Part shown: positions 25,358 through 37,139 of the stretch, piece after piece | Numbering within the stretch: position 1 is the first letter of the stretch | Layout of the letters: each line of letters opens with the position of its first letter | NCBI GenBank assembly: GCA_000004695.1 | Contig: CM000155.2 | Span: 384,001 to 448,000 of the forward strand | Source of the DNA: Dictyostelium discoideum | Lineage: Eukaryota | Reading direction: 5' to 3' | Length of the DNA: 64,000 nt | Made by a program: the position numbers and the translations under genes | Notes under the pieces: generated by a model | Seen by the model: only the letters and a program-made list of their open reading frames with translations | What the model was told of the DNA's origin: nothing | Database searches by the model: none

Positions 25358-26192
25358 TTAGTTCGTAATTACAATTAAATTAAATTTAAAACCAAAATAA
25401 TATAATGAAAAATAAGAACCAATATAAAATAATTGAAAAATTGATAATAAAATTGAATTCATTGGTTTCTTTGTATAATTATACCAAATGTTTCTACCCC
25501 ATAAATCTAAACCAGATTCAATGACATCGTTAGGATCATCATCTTCAAAATTTTCGTCATTCTCTTGTTCGAATAATGAATAATTTTGACCATCACCATT
25601 ATTTAAAGTGTTTGCATCCTTTATTAATAATACCAATACTATTACTAACATTGAAAATGAGAATACAATAGTTGCAATTATAAAATACCAATTATAAGTT
25701 ATTCCCCATTCTAATGTTGTTGTTGTTGTTGTTGTTGTTGTTGTATCACTAAAACTACCTTTAAAATAATTAAATGATTCTTTTAAATTACAAATTGTTG
25801 TATTTCCTTTATCAACTATATTACTTTTAATAAATCCATTCTTTAAATCACTACATAATGTTTCTCTTAAACTAATAATAATAAATGAAAATTATTAGTG
25901 TGTGTGCGGGTATGAAAAATTAAAAATTAAAAATTAAAAATTAAAAATTAAAAAATTAAAAAAAATTAAAAAAATAAAAAATTAAAGATAAACTTACTTT
26001 AAAGGAAAAATACAAATTGAAACAATTAAAAATAATGGTATAGTAATTAGCATCATTATACCAAATATAGTGAATGCTTTTTTTACAAGGTCTACTTTTA
26101 ATACTGAAGCTAAAATGTACATATATCCTAATAATGGTAAAAAGCATAACTAATTTTAAAAAAAATATATATTTATATATTTTTAGTAAAAA

Positions 26193-26240
<48 letters not shown>

Positions 26241-26538
26241 AAAATTAATTAATTTAAATAATAATTATTATAATTATAATTACAATATTTATAGGAATAA
26301 TTTGAAATAATATAAAAGATGAATTAAATTGATTCAATTGTGAATTTGAATTAAAATCGGTATATTTACTAATAGTATATGGAATACATGTTGTTTTATT
26401 ATTATCAATCATACAACTATCTATTTTATATACACTCCCAGAAGAAAACCAAAGTGCAATTGATAATATCCAAAATGGAATTATAAATATTGCTTTAGAA
26501 TAAAGCCTTCTCTTTATTGCATCTGACCTCATTATCAA
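25358..26538 (-). CDS. Three-exon gene for a multi-pass membrane protein of unknown function, with an internal poly-Thr tract.
   Basis: Exon 1 is about 26284..26538 (MIMRSDAIKRRLYSKAIFIIPFWILSIALWF…). Exon 2 is about 25998..26148 (…LLGYMYILASVLKVDLVKKAFTIFGIMMLITIPLFLIVSICIFPLK, donor GTAAGT). Exon 3 is 25358..25871 (LRETLCSDLKNGF…TTTTTTTTTTLEWGITYNWYFIIATIVFSFSMLVIVLVLLIKD…FGFKFNLIVITN*). The intron boundaries are approximate because the phase did not close exactly in my hand count. An (ATT)n microsatellite lies in intron 1. Confidence 0.45.
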
Positions 26539-26590
26539 TATTAATAATTAATAATAAAAAAAAAAATATTTAAATATTATAGTGAGGAGA

Positions 26591-26621
<31 letters not shown>

Positions 26622-26743
26622 TAAAAAAAAAAAAAAAAAAAAAAAACTTTAAAATTAAAAAACCAAAATCAAAAAAAAAAAAAAAAAATTTAAGGTTTTT
26701 GAAAATCAAGGAAATTTTTAATTTTAAGAAAAAAGGGGAAAAA

Positions 26744-26777
<34 letters not shown>

Positions 26778-27248
26778 GGTATGTAAAAATTATTTTATGG
26801 AAAAATAATAAAAAGTTTCTATTGTTCTTTCTTTTAATTTAAAAAAAAAAAAAAAAAAAATTTTCAAAGCTAAATATAAAATATATGTATTGAACAAAAA
26901 AAAAAAAAAATAGAATTCTTTTTTTTTAAAATTTAAGGAATTTTTAAAATTGATAAATTTAAAAATTTTAATCAAATTAAAGAGACAACATACAATGGAA
27001 TAAAATTGGTTTCCATGGAATAAACAGAAAGATCTTTCCAACCATTTAAAAAAATAGAAAATTAAAAAATTCGTTGAAAACTCAATAACTCTGTTTTTTT
27101 TTCAAAAATATTTGTTTTGGTTAAATTTTATTTTTTTTTTTTTTTTTTTTATTAAAATTTTATTTTTTTTTTATTTTTTTTATTTTTTTTTTTATTTTTT
27201 CACATTTAAAGAATCTTTTTTTAAATTTTTTTTTTTTTTTTTTTGTAA

Positions 27249-28250
27249 ATGAACTTTTTAATAAAACAAATTTTAAAAAATAATAATAATAATAAACAAA
27301 TATTTATTAAAAATATTTTAAATAATAATAAACAAATAATCAATAAATTTTATACAACAACCAAAAATAAAATGTCAAATAAAGCAAAGATTGAAGTATT
27401 TCCAGAATTAGAATCAGCAACTGGTCAAATGATTATTATTGATGAACAAACAAAGAAATGTGCAATCTTAGATTCAGTATTAAATTATACACAAAACAAT
27501 GGTAGAACCTCAACAAAGGATGCAGATAAATTAATTGCCTATATTAAAGAGAATCAATTGGAACCAGAATGGATCTTAGAGACACATATTCATGCCGATC
27601 ATTTATCAGGCGCACATTATTTAAAGGGAATCTATCCAAATGCAAAGACAGCAATTGGCGAGGGTGCAAAAATCGTTCAAAAAACATTCAAAACCATATA
27701 TAATTTAGAACACACTTTTCCAACTGACGGCAGTCAATTTGATAAGTTATTCACAGATGACGAAAGATTCACGATTGGTAGTTTACAAGTTAGAGTTATA
27801 TCAACACCAGGTCATACACCAGCATGTGTAAGTTACTACATTGAAAACGATTCAGTATTTGTTGGTGACACTATGTTTATGCCAGATGTTGGTACTGCAC
27901 GTTGCGATTTTCCAAATGGTTCCGCTGAAACACTATGGACATCAATGAAAAAGATTTTAGAATTACCAGAGACTGTCAAAGTTTACGTTTGCCATGATTA
28001 CCCACCTCAAGAACGTGGTATCACCTTTTTCACAACAATTGCTGAACAAAGACTCTCTAATAAACATATCAAAGATTCCGTCACTAAAGATGAATTTATC
28101 AAAATGAGAACTGAAAGAGATGCAACCCTCAAAGCACCACAATTACTCCTTCCATCAATTCAAGTTAATATTCGTGCTGGTGAATTACCACCAAAAGAAG
28201 ATAATGGTATTTCTTATATTAAAATCCCATTAAATTATTTAAAACAATAA
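27249..28250 (+). CDS. Metallo-beta-lactamase-fold hydrolase of the glyoxalase II / ETHE1 (persulfide dioxygenase)-like type. It has an N-terminal Asn/Lys-rich extension that may be an organellar presequence. 333 aa, intronless.
   Basis: THIHADHLSGAHYL matches the T-H-x-H-x-D-H zinc motif. TPGHTPACVSYY and VGDTMF provide the further His and Asp ligands of glyoxalase II-type enzymes. The conserved core probably begins at the second Met (27369, MSNKAKIEVF…). Upstream, MNFLIKQILKNNNNNKQIFIKNILNNNKQIINKFYTTTKNK is low-complexity. Confidence 0.75.
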   Translation: MNFLIKQILKNNNNNKQIFIKNILNNNKQIINKFYTTTKNKMSNKAKIEVFPELESATGQMIIIDEQTKKCAILDSVLNYTQNNGRTSTKDADKLIAYIKENQLEPEWILETHIHADHLSGAHYLKGIYPNAKTAIGEGAKIVQKTFKTIYNLEHTFPTDGSQFDKLFTDDERFTIGSLQVRVISTPGHTPACVSYYIENDSVFVGDTMFMPDVGTARCDFPNGSAETLWTSMKKILELPETVKVYVCHDYPPQERGITFFTTIAEQRLSNKHIKDSVTKDEFIKMRTERDATLKAPQLLLPSIQVNIRAGELPPKEDNGISYIKIPLNYLKQ

Positions 28251-28296
28251 AAAAAAAAAATAATAATAATAATTAATAATAAAAAACTGTATTTAT

Positions 28297-29046
28297 TTAT
28301 TTCTTTTTAAAAATTAACATTTTTGCATTTGTTGGTGCATCATAATTTACAAATTTATTTAATTCTATAATTTCCATCTAAATTAAAAAAAAAAAAAATA
28401 TTAATAATTAAATTTTTAATAAATAATAATAATAATTTAATTAAAACTTACAGTAAAATTATATTTTTCAGAAACTGATAATAAGGTTGGGAAATGATTT
28501 TTACGATCTAAAAATGATAAATAAAATGTACCTTTACCACTTGATTTATTTGTTTTTAAGATTGAATCAACTGTAAAGAATAATGGTTCAATTGAAGAAT
28601 CAACATAAATTAAATCAGAACCAATGATAGTATTAAAATTATATTTTGTTGAATATTGTTGAATGAAATGAGTTAATGTTGGTTGATTATCACCCCAATA
28701 TAATCTTTCAATTGAGATTCTATCATTATTGTTATTAAATAGTTTAGAATTGGAATTAACATTATCTCTTAATAATGGTAACGATTTTTCATCACCATCT
28801 GAAAATAATGTAAAATTTGAATATTTTGATGAAACTAAACCACATAATCCAACACCTGATCCTAATTCAACAATATCTTTTCCAATGAATTCTTCTTTAA
28901 ATTTTGAAATATATAATGATAATATTCTACTTGCTGGCCATGGTAATAATCCTGTTGATGGTTGTACATTTACATTTTGTAATCTAAAAATAAAAAAATA
29001 AAAATAAATATAAAAGGGGTGTGGTGTGTAAGTATGACGATTTTTT

Positions 29047-29092
<46 letters not shown>

Positions 29093-29241
29093 ACCCACTC
29101 TTGTCCCTCAATTTCAATTTTAATATCATCATAAAATTCATATTTATAAGTTTCAAATCCCTCTTCAATTAAATATCCATTTAACCCAATCTCTTCATCA
29201 GAGTTGTCACTGTTTATTTCATTTTTATTTATTTTGTCCAT
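28297..29241 (-). CDS. METTL21/FAM86-family (Methyltransf_16) protein-lysine methyltransferase. Three exons, about 250 aa.
   Basis: Exon 1 is 29099..29241 (MDKINKNEINSDNSDEEIGLNGYLIEEGFETYKYEFYDDIKIEIEGQ, phase 2, donor GTGGGT). Exon 2 is 28452..28983 (ELQNVNVQPSTGLLPWPASRILSLYISKFKEEFIGKDIVELGSGVGLCGLVSSKYS…IIGSDLIYVDSSIEPLFFTVDSIL…, donor GTAAGT). Exon 3 is 28297..28377 (MEIIELNKFVNYDAPTNAKMLIFKKK*). The motifs (L/V)WxAS…L, the SAM-binding loop LELGSGxGLxG and DhhY are diagnostic of this family. A poly(A) of about 40 nt lies in intron 1. Confidence 0.6.
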
Positions 29242-29872
29242 AGACTTTTTACCAAAGAAAAAAAAAAAAAAAAAAAAAATGAAAAATATGAAAAATATGA
29301 AAAAAAAAAAAACAATAAAATAAATAAAAATTATTTTTTATTTTTTTTTAATAAAATTATCTTTTATGTATGAAAAAAAAAAAAATAAATAAATAAAATA
29401 AAATTAAAATTATCAACTTCACATGTAGATGTACCACAAATAAAAAAAAAAAAATACCATTATTAAAAAAAAAAAAAAAAAAAAAAAATTTAGCTTAGAA
29501 ACAAAGGAGTTGGTTATATATATTTTTTTTGTTTTTTTGGTTGCGGCTAAAAATAATTATTTTTTTTTTTTTTTTTTTTTTTATTTTTTATTTTTTTATA
29601 TTTTTTTTTTTTTTTTTCATTTTTTTCATTTTTTTTTCATTTTTTTTTTTTTTTTTTCTTTTTATTTTCACCACCACATTAAAAATTTCATATATTTTTT
29701 TAATTTAAAAATAAATTAATAAATCCACATTAATAAAAAATTAAAAAATTAAAAAACAATAAATTAATTAATATAAATTTAATTTAATTAAATCTTGATA
29801 AAAATAATTTTAATTTTAAAAAATAATATAAAAAATATATAAAAAATAAAAATAAAAAAATAATAAAAAAAA

Positions 29873-31521
29873 ATGTCAACTAAACTATTTGTTGGACAAA
29901 TTCCAAAATCATTTAATGAAGAAGAGATTAAAAATTTATTTACCAATATAGCTAATATTGAATCAGTATCATTGATAAAGAATAAAACTACCAATGAGCC
30001 ACAAGGATGTGCATTCGTATCAGTACCATCACGTGAGGAAGCCGACAGAGCCATTGAGCAATTACATAATAGTAAGAAATTCCAAGGCGTATTAAACAAC
30101 TTACAAGTAAAGTATGCCGATAGTGAGCAAGAGAAATTGGCTAGTAAATTATTCGTTGGTATGCTACCCCGTTCCTACGAGGAGGAGCAAATTAGGGAGT
30201 TGTTTGAGCCACATGGTGTTGTTGAGGATATTTGTATTTTACGGGGCCCCAATTCCGAGAGCAAGGGATGCGGTTTCATAAAGTTTGACAACAGAGAATC
30301 TGCTCTCTCTGCCATTGCAACTTTGAATGGTATGAAATTGGACGGTTCACCAAACCCATTGGTTGTAAAATTCGCTGATACTGAAAAAGATAAGAAAAAG
30401 AAACAAAAACAACAACAAATTCAAATTCAAATGCAACAAAGACAACAACAACAGCAACAACAACAACAACAACCATCTCATCAACAACAACAATCTCATC
30501 AACAATCTTTTCAATCACAATATCAACAACCTGTAGTTAATCAATTCCCTCCAAAAATGAATCAACAACCATTCATTGTTAATCCATATTTTGGTCAAAT
30601 GCCAAATTTTAATTTTATTCCAAGTAGTAAGTAATTACTTTTTTTCTATTTTTTTAATATTTTAATAATATATATATTTATAGTAATTTTATTTTATTTT
30701 ATTTTATAGTTGATTCATCACCATCATTATTAGGTACACCACCAATTATTGGTGATGGTATTTATGATATATATTCAAATTCACAATTTGATAATAAATA
30801 TAATAATAATGGTGGTATGGGTGGTAATGGTGGTAATAATGGTAATATGTATGGTAGAAACTTTAACAATGGTAATAATGGTCCAATGGGTGGTATGAAT
30901 GGTAATGGTATGAATAATGGTGGTCCAATGGGTAATGGTATGAACAATGGTGGTCCAATGGGTAATGGTATGAATAATGGCGGTCCAATGGGTAACGGTA
31001 TGAATAATGGTGGTCCAATGGGCAATGGCATGAATGGTAATGGTATGAATGGTAATGGTATGGGTGGTCCAATGGGTAATGGTATGAATAATGGTATGGG
31101 TGGCATGAATCAAGGTGGTCCAATGGGTAATAAAAAGAATCAAAGTGTTGGTCCACAAGGTTCAAATCTATTCGTTTACAATATACCAAATTACTTCTCT
31201 GATAATGATTTACTTGGACTATTCCAACAATATGGTATTGTTGTAAGTGCTAAAGTTTATGTTGATAAAAATACTGGCGTTAGTAAAGGTTTTGGTATGT
31301 TTTTTTTTTTTTTTTTTCCTCTCTCCTTTAATTTATTTAACTAATTTATTAATAATTTTATTTGTCTCTCTCTATCTTTCTCATTTATAGGTTTTGTATC
31401 ATATGATAATCCAGCTTCTGCAAATTTAGCTATTTCTAATTTACATGGTCAAATGATGGCAGGTAAAAAATTGAAGGTTTCACTCAAGCAAACTTCTGGT
31501 CAAGGTTCCCAACCATATTAA
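29873..31521 (+). CDS. CELF/Bruno-like RNA-binding protein with three RRMs. It has a poly-Q linker and a Gly/Asn/Met-rich repeat region. Three exons.
   Basis: Exons are 29873..30626, 30710..31294 and 31391..31521, with donors GTAAGT and GTATGT, and the phases close. RRM1 is LFVGQIPKSFNEEEIKNLF…GCAFVSV. RRM2 is LFVGMLPRSYEEEQIRELF…KGCGFIKF. RRM3 is LFVYNIPNYFSDNDLLGLFQQYGIVVSAKVYVDKNTGVSKGFG|FVSYDNPASANLAISNLHGQMMAGKKLKVSLKQ, with the RNP-1 KGFGFVSY spanning intron 2. Exon 2 holds five tandem 30-bp units encoding NGGPMGNGMN. Confidence 0.8.
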
Positions 31522-31766
31522 AACAAAAAAAGAAAAGAAAAAAAATAATAATGAAGAGGAGGGGAGAGAGAGGATAGGAAAGAGAGAGGAATATTAGGGC
31601 GATAAAAAGGTAGGGGAAGAGTTTAGCAGACAGGAATTGAGAGAGGAGAATTTAGGGAACAGGGATACAGGGATTTTTTTTTTATTTGTACATTTTATTT
31701 TATTTTTTAAAAAATGGGTTTCCATTGCCGCATTTGTTTCCAATTCAATCATAACAATTAATAATA

Positions 31767-31890
31767 ACAATAACAATAACAATAACAATAACAATAACAA
31801 TAACAATAACAATAACAATAACAATAACAATAACAATAACAATAATAGTAATAATAATAACAACAACAACAACAACAACAACAACAAAAT
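31767..31890. repeat. (AACAAT)n hexanucleotide / (AAC)n microsatellite of about 120 bp in the 3' flank of the RRM gene.
   Basis: Direct reading shows aataacaataacaat… repeated about 18 times and then (caa)n. The 97-aa ORFs on both strands here (31594..31887, 31637..31930) are poly-L/poly-N translation artefacts of the repeat. Confidence 0.9.
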
Positions 31891-32156
31891 AATAGTAATA
31901 ATTTTAAATAATAGTAATAATAGTCAATAACCACCAATAGTTCAAATAGTGCACACCAAGCGATAACAAAAATTCATCGAATGAAAAACACAATCACGCA
32001 CCACTGCCAATTTGTCGATAACAATAACAATTAATCAATCAATCAATTATTTGGTTTTTGGTTTTTGGTTTTGGGTTTTTTTTTTTTTTTTTTAATTTAT
32101 TTCTTTATTTTTCTCTCTATTTATTTTTATCTCTATTTATCATTATTTATAATATC

Positions 32157-32197
<41 letters not shown>

Positions 32198-32620
32198 AAA
32201 GTGGTGTGGTGTGCGTGTATAAAAAAAGATTGTTTTGATGTTAGTGGTAGTTAGTATTTATAGTTTTTTTTTGCTTAAAAAATGGTGGTTTTATTTATAT
32301 ACATATATCTTCACTTCTTTGGCGTTTTTGTTTAAAGAATTTTAATTTTAATTTTTAATAATAATAATAATCATTTTTGTTTAAAAAAAAAAAAAAAAAA
32401 AACAATTGTGTTCTTTATTCTTTTTATTTATTTTTTTTTCTCATTATTATTATTTTTTTTTTTTTTTTTTTTTCTTTCTTTAATTTATTAATTGTAATTC
32501 ATTTCATTTTTTACAAATAAAGTTTATTAGTCATGTTTAATTATTTTATTTTGTTTTATTTATTTTTTTTTTTTAAAAATTTGATTGTGGATTAATTTGT
32601 TTTTTTTTTTTTCATAGTCC

Positions 32621-32621
<1 letters not shown>

Positions 32622-32684
<63 letters not shown>

Positions 32685-32690
32685 TTCATT
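32622..32690. repeat. (TTTA)17 tetranucleotide microsatellite. A second microsatellite, (TTA)~31, lies at 33001-33093.
   Basis: Direct reading. Confidence 0.9.
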
Positions 32691-32999
32691 TATTATATCC
32701 AAATGTGTTTATAATAATTGTTATTGTTTAAGCAAATAATTTTTTTTAATCACCGTGATATGATTTTGATAATTAATTAGATTAATAATTGCTTGTTTTA
32801 TTTGTTTATTATTTTTAAAAACAAAGAAGATAATAAATTGTGTTTTTTTATTTTTGAATTGTTATTTATAACTTTTTTTTTTTTTTACTGGTAGGTAATT
32901 TTATTTTCAATTTTACTAACAAATAAAGAGTTTCAAGAAAAAAAAAAAAAACTATATTATTTTTACTTAAAAAATAAAAAACAAAATAAACCAAATAAA

Positions 33000-33095
<96 letters not shown>

Positions 33096-33128
33096 TAAAA
33101 TGTATTTCTTTATTTTTTGTTTTTTTTC

Positions 33129-33459
33129 TTATTGTTTGTTGATGAAATTATTTTGGATACCTTTTTTATTAATTGGAATTTCCAACTCTTCAATTTCTTC
33201 TTCATTTGATTTTTTGGATTCAGTTTCATTATTGCTTTTAGTGGTATGAACATTTTTATAAAAAATTGTGTTAACTGTTTTATTTAATAAATGATTTGGA
33301 GGTTTATTAATGTTTTGATGAAGAATTGATTGGTTAAAGAATTTTGGAGGTTTTGTAGGTTTCGAGGATGATAAAGATGGAATTACTTTTGTGTTTAAAG
33401 AAACATTACTTTTAACATTATTATTTTTATTGCTATTAAAACTATTAATCATAGAATTA

Positions 33460-33507
<48 letters not shown>

Positions 33508-34431
33508 GCTAGATGTTCTTTTTTTAATGTTAAATCAATTATTTTAGTTTTTAAATCATTATATTCTTTAAATTCTTCATCTTTATCATAGATTTCATTA
33601 TCAAATCTATTATTTTTTTCTTTTATTAAAATTATTTGATTTTCTTTTTCTTTTTTTAATTGAATAATTTGGGAAAGGTTGTCTTTTTCATCTTGTAATG
33701 ATTTTAAAAGAAATGAGTTTGAGGAGTTTTTTTTTTTATTATTATTTAAAAGTTGATTTGTAAATTGAGTAATCTGATTTAAATGATTATTATTTATCAT
33801 TATTCTTTTTTCATTTAACATTAACATTACTTTTTCAACATTACAATATTCTTCAATAAAACTATAAAAACTATTTACACAATTTATATATTTTGATCTA
33901 TTAAATTACAAAAAAAAAAAACAACAATATTAATATAAAATCTATATAGATTTTTTAAATATTTAATTTAATTATACTTTAATATTATAATTACCTTTCT
34001 TCTTTTCTTTTTTGAATAATCTCATTTAATTTTATATTTAATTTATCTATTTGAATTTGAATTTTACAAATTTCTTGTTTTTTCCAATCAAACCTATCCA
34101 CTAAAACATTTAATGTTTGTTCTGATTTTATTAAATCACTTTTTAAAAGTTTTAATAATATATATATATAAATTTTTTTTATTTTTTTATTAAAAAATTA
34201 ATTTTAAACTTACATTTCTAATAATTCAATTTCTCTTTGTACTCTTGGATTATCAATCTCTAATTGATTGATTTCATTTTTTATTTTATTTAAAGAATCA
34301 AATTTAAACTTTAATTCATTTGTAATTGAATAATAATTTTCATTTAATCTTTCTAAAAAATCTAAATAATTAGAATCTTTATCATTATTATTACTTTCAT
34401 CAAAATTTAAAATATTATTTATTTCTTCCAT
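33129..34431 (-). CDS. Coiled-coil protein with a poly-Asn tract, of unknown function. Three exons, about 376 aa.
   Basis: Exons are 34214..34431 (MEEINNILNFDESNNNDKDSNYLDFLERLNENYYSITNELKFKFDSLNKIKNEINQLEIDNPRVQREIELLE…, donor GTAAGT), 33995..34138 (…IDLIKSEQTLNVLVDRFDWKKQEICKIQIQIDKLNIKLNEIIQKRKEE…, donor GTAATT) and 33129..33897 (…RSKYINCVNSFYSFIEEYCNVEKVMLMLNEKRIMINNNHLNQ…). The phases close. Heptad-like K/E/L periodicity suggests coiled coil. The N-run of 18 residues is coded by (AAT)n. Confidence 0.55.
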
Positions 34432-34714
34432 TATTTGTTACTGCTGTTGTTTTAGATAAAAAAAATAAAAAAATAAAAATAAAAAAAAAATAATAAAATA
34501 AAATAAAATAAAATAAAAAAAAAAAAAATAATAATTTTAACTTAAAATGAATTGATTGTTTAAACTACTTTTTATATATTTAATTTTTTTTATTTTTTTT
34601 TTATTTTTTTTTTATATTAAAAAAAATTAATTATTTATTTAATTATAATAATCATTCTAGATTGATTATTAATTATACCAAATTAGTATATATAAAATAT
34701 TATTTATAATAAAT

Positions 34715-36290
34715 TTATTGTTTTGAAGAAATTGAAATTTTTTGAATATCTAAAATAAAACCTTGACCAAAAATTCTATTTCCAAGTATAGATTTTTCAT
34801 CATGGAATTTTAATTCTTTTTCTAAATTTGTTGGATCATAATATTTATTTGAAGGATCATCTAAACGAACTAAAGCCATATTTTTACCAGCGATAGTTGC
34901 ATCCAATATTGAAAAGACACCAAAACAAACTTGAACGCCAGTTGGAAAGGCCAAAGTTTCAACACCGCCTTTTGACATTATCAAAGAACCACCTCTTTCA
35001 ACCAACTGTTGATCTCCAACCAATTGTGAGAAATGACCAACTTGATCAACTTTGAATACTTCCTTATCATCGAGATACCAATGAATGGATTTCTTTTCAC
35101 CATTATACTCAACCGAGACATCATTGAATTTCGACTGATCCTTGATATCAGCTACGGGGATAGTGTAAACAAAGGCGGCGTAATTGCCCAACTCTTCACC
35201 TCTTGAAAATGGTAAACGTTCATAGAGTGCGTAAAGCTTTGAGTTTGAAATCATGAAATCTGCAACTATACTAGTCTTAAAATCCAATACATTCAAAGAA
35301 CCACTAGCAAATCTTATCTCACTTTCAATATCATCTTGCTCAACCAAGTCCAATGGAAATGGGTGATTCTTATTACCCAACGCTTTACCACGAATTGAAA
35401 AATTCGAGAATAAACTACCACCTTGTGGAATTGAAAATACTTGATTAGAAACTGCTAAATATTTAATATGATCCAATACACTTAATTCAGTAGTTAAAGT
35501 GAATGGATTCGATTCCAATCTAATATACCCATCCTCTTTTGACAACGTACCTTGCTCAGCAACGAATGAACCAAATTGAAAATTATTCCATTTTCCATCT
35601 ACACCACCACTACCACCACCACTACCACCACCAATATTCAATTTATTTAAAACAGTAATACCCAAATCTTTTAATTTAGCAAAATTTGAAAAATCAAAAG
35701 TTTCCATTAACTTCATTTTCAAATCACCTATGGCATCTTTAGTATGTTCAAGGACTTTTTCAGTATCTTCTTTCCCACTATTTAAATTGTCTTTTAAATC
35801 ATGTGATTTTGATTTTATATTCTCTTTTAAATCTTTTGATTTCTCTTTAACTTTTTCAAATTTTGATTTTGAACCTTGTTTTAATTGTTCCTTTTTCTCT
35901 TTAAATTGATTTGATAAATCATCTACCTCTTCATTTAAATTATGATGATGGAGATGTTTATTCTTTTCTTGATTAAAAGTTTCTTTTCTATCTTTTAAAT
36001 CTTGTTCAAGTTTATCTTTATATTGATCTTTTTTCTCTTTAATATCGTCAATGATTTTATTTGATTTATCTTTTAATTGCTCTTTTTTCTCTTTACCTTT
36101 TTCTTTTAATTGTTGACCTTGATTCTCAATCTTTGTAGTTGTCTCTGATTTAAACTTTGAAAATTGTGATTGAATTGGTAAATAGAATTTCGAATAAAAT
36201 ACTGGTGTACTAGATGATAGAATTCTAGTAATTTGAGTATTAAATAAGAATAAACATAAAATTAAAACTATTGATGTTATAATTAAAAAT
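34715..36290 (-). CDS. Type II membrane protein. It has an N-terminal signal-anchor, a long Lys/Glu-rich coiled-coil stalk, and a C-terminal globular domain of about 330 aa of unknown family. The 5' end and start codon are unresolved.
   Basis: The continuous minus-strand frame from about 36290 to the stop at 34715 reads …NRFLIITSIVLILCLFLFNTQITRIL… (transmembrane anchor). Then comes …QLKEKGKEKKEQLKDKSNKIIDDIKEKKDQYKDKLEQDLKDRKETFNQEKNKHLHHHNLNEEVDDLSNQFKEKKEQLK… (coiled coil). The ORF-track domain follows (…GTLSKEDGYIRLESNPFTLTTELSV…RLDDPSNKYYDPTNLEKELKFHDEK…). The only nearby ATG (MNIKKLLKKHLH at about 36335) is in a different frame from the transmembrane segment. The true 5' end is therefore unresolved, by either a poly(A) length error or a small upstream exon. 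Confidence 0.5.
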
Positions 36291-37139
36291 CTATTTAATG
36301 TAAATGTTTTTTTAATAATTTTTTTATATTCATTTTTTGTTTGTTGTTGTTGTTGTTGTTTATCTTGTTTTTGTTTATTTTGTTGTGTTGGATTTTTATT
36401 ATTATTATTATTTTTAACAGGGATCCTTTTTTTTTTTTTTTTTATTTAAATAAATAAATAAATTTTTTAATTTATAAAATGAAAAATAAAAGAATAAAAA
36501 AAAAAAAAAACACACGCTATCTCTTTAAATGTGGGGTGGTATTAAAGAATAATATTTGTTATGAACATTTTTTAGTTTGTTTTACTTTTTTTTTTTTTTT
36601 ATTTTTTTTTTTTTTTATTAATTATTTTTTTTTTTTTTTTTAATTGTTGAGGGATTTGTTGAGAATTTAAAAGAATTATGGGGGTGGTAGCCATATTAGT
36701 GGTGTAGTTTTTAAGGGGTTTTTTGCACAATCTCATTTTTTTCATTTTTTTTATTTTTTTTTTTTTTCCATTTTTGGAAGTGACCCCAAATTAATTTTTT
36801 TTAGATCACAATTTCCGTTAAAATACCAAAAAACCTTTCAATTTTTTTTTTTTTTTTTTTTTTTTATTTTTTTTTTTTTTAAGTTCAACTAATTATTTGA
36901 AAAAAAAAAAAAAATAAATAAAAAAAATAAAAATAAAAAACAATAAAGATCAAAATAAAAAAATCTAATATTTTATATTTGAATATTCAAATATAAAATA
37001 TTTGATTTTTTGGGTTTTTTTTTTTGAATTTAATTTTCTTTTTTTTTTTTTTATTTTTTTTCAATATCTATTTTTGTTATTTTTATTTTTATTTTTTTTT
37101 ATTTTTTTATTTATTTTTTTTTTAAAAACACATTTAAAT

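Noticed and set aside
28729-29001. 90-aa plus-strand ORF
   Set aside because: It lies antisense within exon 2 of the METTL21-like methyltransferase gene, which has a clear family signature on the minus strand.
30762-31189. Three overlapping minus-strand ORFs (114, 125 and 108 aa) with striking periodic sequences (PLPIGPP…, THWTTIIHTI…, YHYPLDHH…)
   Set aside because: They are the antisense frames of the 30-bp coding minisatellite in the CELF-like gene. The periodicity mirrors the sense-strand NGGPMGNGMN repeat, and the sense strand has RRM domains on both sides.
31594-31930. 97-aa poly-Leu (-) and poly-Asn (+) ORFs
   Set aside because: These are pure translations of the (AACAAT)n/(CAA)n microsatellite, with no flanking coding signal or splice context.
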